DNA from: Macrostomum lignano
Lineage: Eukaryota
Length of the DNA stretch: 58,770 nt
Assembly (NCBI GenBank): GCA_002269645.1
Contig: NIVC01004128.1
Location: 1-58,770 of the forward strand
Direction of reading: 5' to 3'
The notes beneath the pieces are model-generated. The model made no database searches and was not told where the DNA came from. It worked only from the letters and a program-made list of their open reading frames with translations. Shown piece after piece: positions 47,099 to 58,770 of the stretch (positions are counted from its first letter, which is position 1; each line of letters starts with the position of its first letter). The translations under genes and the position numbers were made by a program.

Positions 47099-47969
47099 TT
47101 TGTGTTGTATACCTGAAAAAATGTTACAGTAGTTTAATAATTATAATAAAAGCAATCACTAATAATAATAATTTTATAAGACCTAAATTGAATGAACAAA
47201 AAAAACAAAAATATCCTAGGGTTTCAACCCACTTTGGCAAAGGAATTTTCAATGAAAGATGAAAGTCAATGATGGCAAATAATACTTCTGCAATGACCAT
47301 TTTGTCTAAAGCTAACTATTTTGGGAAATAATTTATTAAAATTGATCTAAGCTTTGGTGAAAAATTTTGCACTTTGCTTTAGGGGTCACAAAATCCCATA
47401 TTCTATCAATCCCAAGATCCTAAGATTGATATTTTCTAGTGCTATCCTTCTTGAAACATTGTTATAATGTTATAACAATGCTACAAATGATATTTTATAA
47501 CATATACACTTATAATAGGAGCTAAAAGGATAATGCTAGTCTGGTAATTCATATTTTACATAACATATATTAGATTATTTAATAGGCCTATATATTATAT
47601 ATTATTGTCATGATTGATTATTATACAAAGCAATATGAATGCATATTATAGCATATATATTATATTTACAATCCTCTATTGCCTAGGCAATGGGGCATGG
47701 GCATTCACATTGTTAGGTTGTCACAATATGCATTGATTAGTTCAAAATTTAAAATCAATATTAAATTATTTAAACAAGACTCTATAACATTAAAGATTTT
47801 ACAAAGTCCAAGTCAAAGGCATTAGCTTTTTAAGATTGATTAACCTTGACTCTATGAATCTTAGAATACTAGGATCCTAGAAAAAGCCCTAAACATTAGT
47901 CTAGGATCCTAGGATTACACCACACTTAGAGACATGGCAACCGTGTCTATAATGCATAAAATTATAGAC

Positions 47970-48995
47970 GGCAGTGCTTATCCCCACGGTACCGTAGGAA
48001 TAATTTCTGTCTTATTCCAACGGTACCGTGCGAATAATTTTCTGCTTATCCGCACGGCACACTGACGAGATAGCTGCCCTATCTTCTACATATGCCATGC
48101 GAATAATTTTCTACTTATCCGCATGGCACACTGACGAGATAGCTGCCCTATCTTCTACATATGCCGTGCAAATAATTTTCTACTTATCCGCACGGCACAC
48201 TGACGAGATAGCTGCCCTATCTTCTACATATGCCATGCGAATAATTTTCTGCTTATCCGCATGGCACACTGACGAGATAGCTGCCCTATCTTCTACATAT
48301 GCCATGTGGGAAGTTTAGTACATACGATTTGAGTGCAGTATAACAACATAACTTGGCTTGAACATTTGTTCTAAAGAAATAAAGATTTAACGACTTTTCT
48401 ATGAGAAAGAATTTTTTTGTGTAGTAACAAATGATTTAAATTAAATTAACTCTAAGAATTGTTTATTATTTAAATTTTTAGCAAAGTCTAATCTGATCTC
48501 GCCGTGATTTATATAGTCCATTGCCGCTTCCGTAGAATTTTACTACTGTAGGGCAGGAGGACGTGTAGGGCAGCTATCTCGTCAGTGTGCCGTGCGGATA
48601 AGCAGAAAATTATTCGCACGGCATATGTAGAAGATAGGGCAGCTATCTCGTCAGTGTGCCATGCGGATAAGCAGAAAATTATTCGCACGGCATATGTAGA
48701 AGATAGGGCAGCTATCTTGTCAGTGTGCCATGCAGATAAGCAGAAAATTATTCGCACGGTACCGTTGGAATCATACATGCGCAACTTTGGGAATCACCTG
48801 GCCGTTTCTATTGGCAACACACAAATGTAAGTCGCTATTGGCTGAGGGCAGTCACGTGACTACTATTCCATCCAATAGCGACTTACATGTGTATGTTGCC
48901 AATAGAAACGGCCGAGTGAATCCCAAGGTTGCGCCCAAGCATGGTTGGAATAAGACAGAAATTATTCCTACGGTACCGTGGGGATAAGCACTGCC
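47970..48995. mobile_element. Foldback (Mutator-like) element, 1026 bp, long TIRs with 69-bp tandem units, 9-bp TSD ATTATAGAC
   Basis: GGCAGTGCTTATCCCCACGG... mirrored at 48995; four 69-bp units on the left arm and about three on the right; ATTATAGAC at 47961-69 and 48996-49004. Confidence 0.85.
48772..48943. mobile_element. 172-bp palindromic MITE with 8-bp TSD GTTGGAAT, nested in the foldback arm
   Basis: Arms ...GGCCGTTTCTATTGGCAAC...ATGTAAGTCGCTATTGG / CCAATAGCGACTTACAT...GTTGCCAATAGAAACGGCC; TSD at 48764-71 and 48944-51. Confidence 0.8.
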
Positions 48996-49213
48996 ATTAT
49001 AGACACTATGGCCATGTTTCTAATAGTGACTAGGTCCATACTTATAGACATGGCCACCATGTCAATGAAACTTGCATGGCAGCTGTGTTGTTAATATTGA
49101 ATGGGTTCACACTCAGAGACATGGTAGGTGGCCATGTTGTTAATATTGAATGGGCTCACATTTAGGGGCCTAGAGACACAATGAGTGGCCATATAGGCAT
49201 AGGCAATATATGC

Positions 49214-49615
49214 TAGAGGTCGGACGGGATCCCAATCCCGATCCCAAAATCTTGGGATCCCAAGGAAAATTGGATTCCCATAAGACTAGAATCCCGAACC
49301 TAAAAAAAATGAGAAACAGGAACAGGTCTTTTGTTTAAAAATTTATAGAATTAGTGATTACTTGAATGTATTTTGTTTTACCTTGTACTCATTACATTAT
49401 TAATTTGTTGGTTACAAAACTTTGCATCAATTTTGTTGTATTCTACTTTTTGATCTTGATATTTTTAGCTCAATTTTGTTTAACTTTATATGGACCTACA
49501 AGCTACAATACACTAAAAGACTTGATCCCGATTCCCGAATCCTGATCCCGATCCCAATCCCGAGAAAAAAATTATTCCCGATCCTGCCCAAGATTTCAAT
49601 CCCGTCTGACCTCTA
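49214..49615. mobile_element. hAT-type MITE, 402 bp, 8-bp TSD ATATATGC
   Basis: TIR TAGAGGTCGGACGGGA / TCCCGTCTGACCTCTA; subterminal ATCCCG repeats; TSD at 49206-13 and 49616-23. Confidence 0.85.
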
Positions 49616-52600
49616 ATATATGCATAGGCAATATTGGAGCATATAGGCATGGCTAGGTAGGCCCTAGGCCCTACTATGTATATAATTATTGATCAGATGA
49701 AAATATTGATCAATCAAAAAGTTCGAGTTTTTTAATTTGAAATTTAACACGAAATCTTAAAGTGCAGCCCCAATTATATATGTAGCTTAGCTACTGAAAA
49801 AGAATTAATTTTTTGATACATATCAAAAAAGCTTTCCAAACCATAACATGGTTCTGGAACCAATTCTGAAAATAGAATGGACAATATGAGAAGCTTCAAA
49901 CCGATTCTCAGAATCGGTAATATGAAAAGCCTATATTTCGAAAGCATAGCCTAGGCCTACACATACATAGATCTCAATTTTAGTATATAGGAAAGAAGTC
50001 TCGAAAATATCGTCCAATTCCTACCTCATGAGGCCATCATTTGATCAAAAAAATATGCAAGTTTTAAGCATTAAACAAGCATCTAGAGATAGGTCTAACA
50101 ATCATGAATCATCAGATTATTTTCAAGATTTTTACTTCCGTTCCAGTTTCACTTTCACCTAGCCGAAGAATTATTTAAAATAATAAATGGAAAGCCACGT
50201 GGCATAAGACTAGAGAGATTAAAACTCACTAATAAGCCCTATATGGGTTAATCGCCTTACCTATGTCACTGCAACAAAGACTGATGTTTAGATGTCACGC
50301 TTTCACTTCAGCTAATTCACCTACCCAACAAAATCTCCCAAGTAGCGTAGCATCGACATGACATCAAGCGCATATGAGAAAATTTCCGCAGATTTTTTGT
50401 TTTAAAACAAAACCATTTATCCCTCGTGCTTAAAAATAAAATAAAATATTATTTTATATACTACTAAAAAACAGCAACAGCGCGCTGATTATGACGTTAA
50501 AGTTTAAAAAATCAAATACATGTATCTGTCTAAAAGCAAAGTTTGTTATAGTACTTAGTTATAACTTTCTCAACGGGCCTTTGGATCACGATGCCAATCT
50601 AAAACCCGGTCTTCCGAAAAAATAGTAAAACTAATTATTTTTATTGAATTTTTGACTGCTTAGCAGCCTAACTTTGCACCATTTTTCACTTTCTTCCTGG
50701 CTATTGCTATTTCAATCATTACAACTTAATCGCACGCATATCCCGGCCTCTAGTTTAGGAGACAAAAAGCTTCAAAATCGGCGTCAGAGTGAGCGTAAGA
50801 AAGGGTGTTAGAAAAGCGTCGACCATGAAAAGCGTCAGCAACGGCGTCAAGATGAGTGGTCAGAAAGAGAGTCAAGAAGAGCAGAGCAGAAAAGAGAGTC
50901 AGAAATTCAGATACATGTAGATAGAAAGACGCTGAAGAGTCAGAGACGCTTAGCGCTTTATACACGCTCGCGAAAAAGCTCAGAGGGGCAGGAAGTGGCC
51001 TCAAGCAAGGTGGATGGCCTGAAAGTCGATCACTAGCAAAAAAAGGTCTAAGCGTTTCAGTGAGCGCAAGTCCCCGACGATCCGATTCTTCATAGCCAGT
51101 CATTCGAAAAGACCCGCACATGGGTCGCAAGGAGGATTGAGCACGATGACTGCAAGGGGTTCATTTTCCTGCGTCCATAACTGCGTCATGGCCGAGAAGT
51201 CGCTGTCTCCGCGTTCTGAGGATGGAGTTCACGGCGGGACGCCGGAGCGATCGATCAGCGAGCGCGCGGTTTGACAGCCTTTCAGGGTAGCGGAGATCCG
51301 AGAGCAAACCGCAGCAAAGCTCTGAAGGTAGCGTCGAGAGCCTGGTTGCGAGATTCCTGGTGCGCTAGGTGGATGGGCCGCTTCGGCACCGCGACATCTC
51401 GCCTCCAAAGAACTGATGGGTTTCGACCTTTCAGGCCCCTTTTTGTGAGGAAGCCTTCGGGCCTCAGGCCTCAGAAATAAATCAATTAGAGTCCTGGCCC
51501 CCCACTCCTGTCAGATGGTCAGCCCCATGGTAGCTTGATCGTGTGGCGAGCAGTCTAGGTCCTATAGCTAAGAGAGGGACAGCGAGAGACAAGCAGGGAG
51601 AATTTTGAAGGTAGAAATCAGCTAATCCGCAGAATAAGCTAACTCGCTGCCACCAGCCCGTGCGTCCTGGCTCACCACACCGGGACTCTCGAAATCGGGC
51701 TTCCGACTAGAAGGGGCTTTGCACTTACCTGCCAACTAGTGTCTTTTTGCTGTCAATCTCGAAGTCATAGCCGATGATAAGGGACACTGCTGGGACTAGA
51801 TCGCATTGGCCATGCAGGTACAGAGGGGACTTGTGCAGGGGATTCTTGCAGTGGCGAGTCTATGGGGTAGCTACATGTACTATTACATTGCTAAATACGA
51901 AGATATGTTCTTTTGGCCTTCAACGCGCCAACTAGCCTCTCATAGCGCTGATGATAGACTAACTCGAACTTCAGAGACCGCATGATTAATTACCCGAGCC
52001 GCTTGGCTAACCTAGAGTGCACAAAGTACATCTCTGGCGCCGATTCTGCACTTCTGGCAGTTTTGCTCACTGGTTTGATATATAGATTGATCGACTGAGA
52101 ACCGCCTTGCCATTGGTCCACTGTGACCGGCGCCTACTAGCTTAGCTACTCATCTGAGCCATCGGCGAACAAAGAAACAAAACCGATAAAAATAACTGTT
52201 AGATTTAACCTTCTCCTTAGATCACTTCACACCTCAGATTGAATTGGAGTTTCAGACTACTATTAGTATTACTAAGTGATTTCTGCCTCAGCAACAGCAC
52301 TACTGAACAAAATGAGCAAAAGTGTGCGCCTAATCCAGCTACTGAAACAGGGGACAGATAGGGGATCACCCAATCAAGCAAGTCTAGGTAGCCTCTCACC
52401 CAACCAATCAGAAACTCAACAGCCGGAGACCAGGTAATCCACAGTGACCGAATCGGCTTGATGCTCTGTAGCTGTAGACTCGGGATGATGCCGTCACAGT
52501 CTTCGCTGATAGCTAGCAGGTGATGATCTTCGCTTGATGTTCGCTCCTTGATGATGATGGGAGAAGTCGCAATCCGGGGATCAAGAAACGACGGTCGCGC

Positions 52601-53468
52601 TCCGGGATGTCTCAGCTAGGCTAAGGTCCCAGGAGGTGAGCGCAAGGTCCTAACCAGTTTGCAGTCCGAGCGGGCCAAAAACTCCGGTTTAAATAGCCGC
52701 CAACTAGACCGCAGTTTGTTATAACGGAACACGTCGATTCTGATTGGCTGAGCCGTTTTGTTAAAATGAGCGCCGAATTTTCTGATTGGCTAAGCTTGTT
52801 GCTACCAGAATCACGTGACCGAGAGATCCTATCAGTTCCCACAGGGTCGTAAAAAGATGACAGGTGCGGCCATAAATCACTCAAGTTCGCAACAAAATGA
52901 TTTATGACTTTTCGCGTAGGATTGACAGAAATTAATGAAAAAATATACATTAGAAAGCTCTTATTAAATAGAAAGTGAAGATAATGAAGAGAAACTGCTA
53001 ATCGCTAATCCCAAAGTACTTTTAGGGGTAAAACGCATAGCTGTGAAAGCTGTCACACGCTTGAGTGAATCCGAACAATGGGCTCTGACCTCATAAATCT
53101 TGATGGCCTGTCAAAATGATGAGAAAAAAAAGCTACCGCCCGCATCCTCTCAGACCATCTGGCGCCCGCTTCAACACTGAGTGAGGCGCAGGTGGCTGTC
53201 AGACCAGCTTCGAAAGCAATGACCTATGACCCAAAAAGCAATGCCTATGTAATTATGACCACTAGTATGGCCAGACATTATATCTAGTATAGATTCTATG
53301 ACTATTCGCAGAAAAAGGATAAAAATGCCCACTGCCCACTGTTAGTAGGCTAGTAAGTTTCGAGCCCATTCGCGGGATTTGGGAAAAAGTGCGTCCTCAT
53401 CAGAACGGAATATTTATTGAGGAGCGTAGTGATGGTCGAGTTGAGCTCTGGGAGTTTGAGGACCCTAG

Positions 53469-54859
53469 CTAGGAGGGACTCCATCGACGCCAGGAGCAGC
53501 AGGCTTCATGCTTTTGAGGGCGCTGTGGACCTAGCTCATAGTTCTTGATAGGACTACTGGTGTTGAAGTCCTCACTGCGAGCAGGGGAGAAGCCAGCAGG
53601 CACAGGCAGGAGCGCCGAGGTTGGGGCAGGGGTGTTGAGCACACGCCGGTAGTGCTCCACGAGCTTAGCCTTCCTGTCCTCGATAGAGTCGGCGCCGACG
53701 ACAGCTGCACTGCCTCAGTTTCCGGCCAGTCAGGTGATGGCGATCTCCAGGCGGCTCTGTGCCTGCGGTTGTCATCCGCGTCCCTGATTTCCAGGACAGT
53801 CTCCTCGACGAAGTGTCTCGTGCGATCAGAGTAGGGGCGGGTGAGGTTATCTTGGCCGGGTCGTCGGCAGCAGGACTGTCGTGACCGAAACAGGCGATGT
53901 CCTTCTGCAGCCTCCTCCTCACCAGCTCCACGTGTTGATCGGAGTTCCACATCGCCCCTAGGCCGGTGGGGGGGGGGTGCGTTTCGGCATCACCGTGGCG
54001 GCAGATGCGACGGCGGTGGCGAAGGCATCGGAGGAGCCGTCAAAACGCGGGTCAGAATTCAGGAGGCTTTAAAAAAATTTCTGACTCTCTGTTCTGCTCT
54101 GCTCTTCCTGACTCTCTTTCTGACCACTCATCTTGACGCCGTTGCTGACGCTTTTCCTGATCGACGCTTTTTCTAACACCCTTTTTTACGCTCACTCTGA
54201 CGCCGATTTTGAATCTTTTTCAACAGCAACAACAAAGTACGCAGCCCCACATGCAAAGTCACAGTTAGAGCATGGCGCCCCAGCGTCGCATAGGAGGCGC
54301 AGTCCACGTATCAACGGGTTTGAGCGTGACCCTGCCTAAACGGGCTCTGCAAGGTGAGCAGCAGAACGTCCTGAACAGGTTGGGGGGCAGTAGCCCTCGG
54401 TCCGGATCACGTGCCCCGCCAGTTGAAGTCGCCGCCAGCGCAGGATGATAGACGGGGCGCTGCAGCTTGGCCGATCGTACAGGGCCTCGGTTTCAACAAC
54501 GCTCTCGTCAGCTCGAAAGGCCGCACGGAGCAGCCCTGAGTGCGCCGAGTTCAACTGCCATTCCAGCGTAGCCGTCAGCGTCCACATTTCGGCGTTGCAT
54601 AGCAGGACGGTTTCGACCACCGCCTGCCACAGCCTTGCCCTCTGGCTGTCGGATTGCGCTGCGGACTGGAGGACGGTCCGGATCGAACGGAAGGCCGCCC
54701 AAGAAAGTCCTCTGCGCCGCTGGTCTTAATTTCAGACCGCCGAGGTAGATGAACCGCTGGCAGCGTGCGAGCCTGGTCGTCTGCTCGTCTGCGCCGCGGC
54801 ACGTCAGGTCCGCTGGGATGTCGGCCGGCACAGTCAGCACCTCGGTCTTCAGCGAGGTC
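53469..54859 (-). pseudogene. Decayed RTE-like non-LTR retrotransposon fragments
   Basis: EHYRRVLNTPAP (pre-RT region) and RFIYLGG...VETVLLCNAEMWTL...RRLQLAGHVIR (post-RT region), broken by frameshifts and insertions. Confidence 0.65.
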
Positions 54860-55228
54860 TGTAGACTAAGGCAGAGAGATACGACTGAGAATTAGATCGA
54901 TTAGATCCATACGCAGGTTAAATATGATACAACGATTGCAACATAACTGGGTATGAAAGATACAGAGACAGAGGGTGAGTGGAAAGCACGTTCATGCTGT
55001 ACAATAGCAACCCCCAACCCCGCTCTAGCGACTAGCGCATACAAGTACACTTGCAACTCACTACAAACCTCCCTACAAAGAGATCAATAACAATCGAACT
55101 AATAAATCGAGGAAACAAAAGGACAGAAAAATATTTGAAAAAATATTAGTATAAATTATTTTTCGCTTTCAAATAATTCCAAACAGTAGTAAAAGTCACT
55201 GAGTCAATCAAAAATTCAAACGGCCACA
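54860..55228 (-). repeat. Probable 3' LTR of the Gypsy element (TG...CA on the minus strand)
   Basis: On the minus strand it begins TGTGG after a purine-rich tract downstream of the integrase and ends TCTACA where LINE sequence resumes. The partner LTR is outside the window. Confidence 0.55.
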
Positions 55229-58200
55229 TAGCGATCCACCTGCATCCTCCTGCGCACCGGGTAGCGTCTCGGGGGCGCTGCGTGCGCAAATGGCGGCTGC
55301 AGGAAGCGCTCTCCGTCAGGGACTGGCAGAATCCGCGGCCGCAGACGATTCACATTCACCTGCGGGTCCTGCCGTTCTCGATTTTTTAAATTTTGACTAC
55401 CAGACCCGCTGCGACAGCACCTGCCAGTCCGGCTCCCAGTACGGCGCCAGCTTGGAGCCCCTCAGCTCGATGCGCAGCAGGACCTCGTCTCCAGGACAGA
55501 ACCTGCGCAGCTGTCCGGTCGATCTGTCTTAGCTGCTCTTTTGCTTGCCAGCCGCCTGCACCAGATGCTCCTCGACAAACTCTCGAATTCGCAGCAGGTC
55601 GGCCTCGAGCTTGTCGGTAGGTGCGCACGTCATAGAATCGCCTGGACTGCTGGCTGATGACCGGCAGACTCGGATCATACCCGGTGAACACCTTCAGTGG
55701 CGGCAGCTGTGTTAAGCAGTGCACCCGGGAATTGTAGAACAGCAGGATCAGTGGCAGCTTGTCCTCCCACTCGCTCTCTCGCTCGGTGAAACACCTGAGT
55801 AACTGCAGCACTGACTTTTTCCAGACTCTGCTAATCTGTTGCCTTTGAGATTTTTTTGTAAGCTGTTGTTCTTGTCTTCGTGACTCCAAGGCCTCGCAGA
55901 GTGTCTTGCAAAAGCTGAGACTCGAAATTCGGTCCTTGATCGGAGTGGATGCCTCGGGGAAGTTCAGCCTGGGAGCAGATGGAGAGGAAGGCGCGAGCAG
56001 TAGTCTCAGCAGTCTGGTCAGGAATCGTCACGGCCGTCAGGTACTTGGAAAATTGATCCTGAGCCACGAGCAGGTATTTGTTGCCGCGCGATGATGGCTC
56101 CACTTTGACGATGTCGATAGCTACAGAATCCCACGGCGAGCCGATTGGCAGTTCTCCGAGCGGCGCGTTGGTCCGCGAGTCCGACAGACGGAACAACTCT
56201 GTGCTGCACAATGTCTTCAGCCATGCCGGGCCGGCCAGTAGCCGTCAGTTTCAGTGTGCGGCTCCGAAATGACCTTCCAGACCTTCGTGAGCGTTGATCA
56301 AGAACTGTTGTCGAAGCTGTGCTGGCACCACTGGAACCTCCCGCAGGCCGTCCGGGTCATTGAACTTGTGCAGTAGAATACCTTCGTCATCCAGCTTCAG
56401 CTTCTTCCAAATTCTGCCGAGTTGCTGCAGTGGTCCTGCTCGCCATCTGGGTGCAATTTCTGCGTCCTTGTCCATCGCCTGAATCACCTGGCTGAGCTCC
56501 GGGTCCTGCCGCTGTGCAGTTTTGAGCCCTTTGGTGTCGATTTCCGGAGTCAGCTGCTGAGCTCCGACCTCTGAGCCGTGCAGCCTGGACAGTGCGTCAG
56601 TATCTGTGTTCTCAACGCCTCTTCGGTACTTGACGGTGAAGTCGAACTCTTGGAGCAGCAGACGTCATCGTCCTAGCCTGCCATAGCTTTCGACTCTGTG
56701 AATCGATGTAGGTGAGCGGGCAGTGATCCGTGTGCACCGTGAAGTGCTTGCCGAGAAGATAGTGGCGAAAAACTTTGAATGCGTGCAGGATGGCCAGGCA
56801 CTCCTTTTCTGTTTCAGAGTATTTCTTCTCAACTGAATTGAATGCGCGGCTTGAGAATTCGATCACCGCCTCGAATTGCACCGACTCCGCTGCCACTGGC
56901 ATCCGTGAAGACAGAGAACTCCTTAGTGAAATCCGGGTTCACCAAGATCGGAGGACTCATTAGGCACCTTTTGAGCTCGTCGAAGGCTGTCTAGGATTCC
57001 GGAGTCCAGTCAAATGGGATGCCCTTGCCAGTCAGATAGTGCAGCGGTGCGGCGATGGCAGCAAAGTTGGCTACATGGCGTCGATATTGGTTACACAGGC
57101 CGATGAACTGATGCACCTCCTTGGCTGACCTCGGCTCTTTACACTGCTGAATTGCCTCCAGCTTCTCCTGGCTGGGCTGGGCACCGTCCTTTGAATATCG
57201 TGTGCCAAGAAATGTCCCTTCAGGTACCGCGAGCTTGCACTTGGAGCCTCTTAATGTCAGTCCGGCTGCTCGAAGTCGCTCGAAGGTCTCTCGAAGTTGC
57301 CGCAGATGATCCCACTTGGTCTTTGAGAAGCACAGGCTGTCATCGAAGACCGTGAAGATGAAATCGCAGCCGTTGAAAACTTTTGACATTAGCATGCAGA
57401 ATGTGCTTGGGCCTCCTGACAGACCTTGGGGCATTCTCTTAAATTGGTACAGCGTCATATCCCTGTTCCCGGACAGAATGCCGTCTTTAGCTTGTCTTCT
57501 TCTGCCATCGGAATTTGAAAATAGCCTCCATTGAGATCCAACACGGAGAACACTGAACTGCCTGCGATTCGATCTCTTGCCTCCACCATCAACGGAATTC
57601 CCTGTGCAGAGCGAATAGGAATTCTTCTTGTTGATCTCTCGATAGTCTATGGTCAGGCGTAGACTGCCATCCGTCTTTGTCACGTACACCGGTGGGGCCA
57701 CGTACGGACTTTCGCTCAACTCAATCACATCGTTCTCCAGCAGTTCCTGAATCAGCTGCTCTACCTTCTCCCGGTAATGCACAGGCATCCGGCGCGGTGG
57801 CACTCAGACAGGTACTCATCCAAGAGAGCAAATCGGTGCTGTTGCAGATGAGTTAGTACCGGTTTTTTCTAGAGCAAGTCTTTGAACTCCACCAGCAGCC
57901 TCTGAACATCAGGGTCGTCAGTAGTCGGCAATTCGTAATCCTCACAGCTGAACTCGGGACAAGTGCGTCTTCGATGTCAACTGGATCGTCGGTGTCACCC
58001 TGGAATCTGGTGCTGCTGCAGACTTGACCGGCTTCTCGTGAAGATCCTGTGAAGTCCAGTTGCAAATTATGCTTGCCGATGAAGTCGACTCCAACAATGA
58101 CAGGACAGACCAAACGTGACACAACGAAAAACAACTGCCGAGCTGTCACTCCCCCGACTGTGAGTGGCAATTCTATTTGCCGTTCTATGCTAATTGGCTG

Positions 58201-58770
58201 CTTGTTCACTGAATGAAGTCGCACTCTGGCTGCAGTTGCCTGTCTGAGCTGAGATTTCGTCAGGATGCTGGACTCAACTAGTGAGCACTAACAGCGCCTT
58301 CACACTCCTGCCATCAAGCTTGCACTCACACTGCGATAGTCGGTCGGCGCGACGCTGCATCCATCGAAGATCCCACTGACTGAGAGCGCTGGCCTTGAAG
58401 CCGGCGCTGCTGGGCCCGCAGTTACTGCTGGCTGGGGTTGCGGGCCCGCACACCCCAGCCTCTGGCGTTTCCGGGCTGTCGCCTGCTGTAGCAATCTCTG
58501 GCAATGTGGCCGGCCTTGTGGCAGTTGTAGCAGATGATGTCAGACTTCGAACGGTGCTGCGGTCTTGTCGTGCTGCTCGTCCTCACTCCACAGGCTGCCA
58601 GCTGCTGCAGCTGGGAACTCAGGGTGCTCACGATGCCTGCAGACTCTGTACAGTGTCCCGCAGCTCCTGAACTTCGCTGGATTGGCTCGACTGAGGTTGC
58701 ACCGTGCTGCTGGGATGCTTGGCGAGCTGTGCTGCATCAGTAGCTGGGCCTTTTGAAGCGCTTGCTCTGA
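55229..58770 (-). mobile_element. Degenerate Ty3/Gypsy LTR retrotransposon (gag-pro-RT-RNaseH-INT)
   Basis: Gag knuckle CYNCHKAGHIARDC; RT (LRLTIDYREIN, YQFKRMPQGL, FDDSLCF); RNase H (KYSETEKECLAI...TDHCPL); integrase (HEGLEGHFG, PWDSVAIDIV, SDQGPNFES) in Gypsy order; many frameshifts. Confidence 0.92.

Noticed and set aside
48061-48310. Hammerhead ribozyme in the 69-bp units (CTGACGA followed by a GATAG/CTATC stem)
   Set aside because: The required GAAA after stem II is absent (TTC follows) and no stem I/III could be formed.
48028-48830. ORFs with 23-aa repeats
   Set aside because: Translations of the 69-bp units in foldback arms, present on both strands.
52473-52862. Solo LTR (TG...CA on minus strand with CCAAT and TATA boxes)
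   Set aside because: No target-site duplication and no partner copy, so it is not listed as a feature.

Overview
Repeat-rich nuclear DNA from an invertebrate animal; the species cannot be determined from the sequence. Positions 1-8275 are the right-hand part of a Polinton/Maverick (adintovirus-like) element. It carries fibre-like, adenain protease, penton, A32-like ATPase, major capsid, HNH nuclease, PLA2-integrase and small ORF genes and ends in ...ACTACT. The main finding is a 303-nt group I self-splicing intron (5933-6235, IC1-like) in this element. All core helices P1-P10 can be paired by hand, and P7 is non-canonical but compensated. It splits the G|PGT motif of a parvovirus-type phospholipase A2 domain fused to the integrase, and a free-standing HNH endonuclease lies immediately upstream. 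The Polinton is inserted in an EnSpm/CACTA-type transposase, which is followed by a second complete EnSpm-type element (9705-16788). Two host genes lie on the minus strand: CERT1 (3 exons, 30736-40408), whose second intron holds an intact mariner inside a 5-kb 25-bp satellite, and an ATRAID/APR3-like gene (43705-47098). The rest is hAT/MULE-type non-autonomous elements, micro- and minisatellites, a decayed RTE-like LINE and a decayed Gypsy element. All calls come from manual reading; no searches or folding programs were run.
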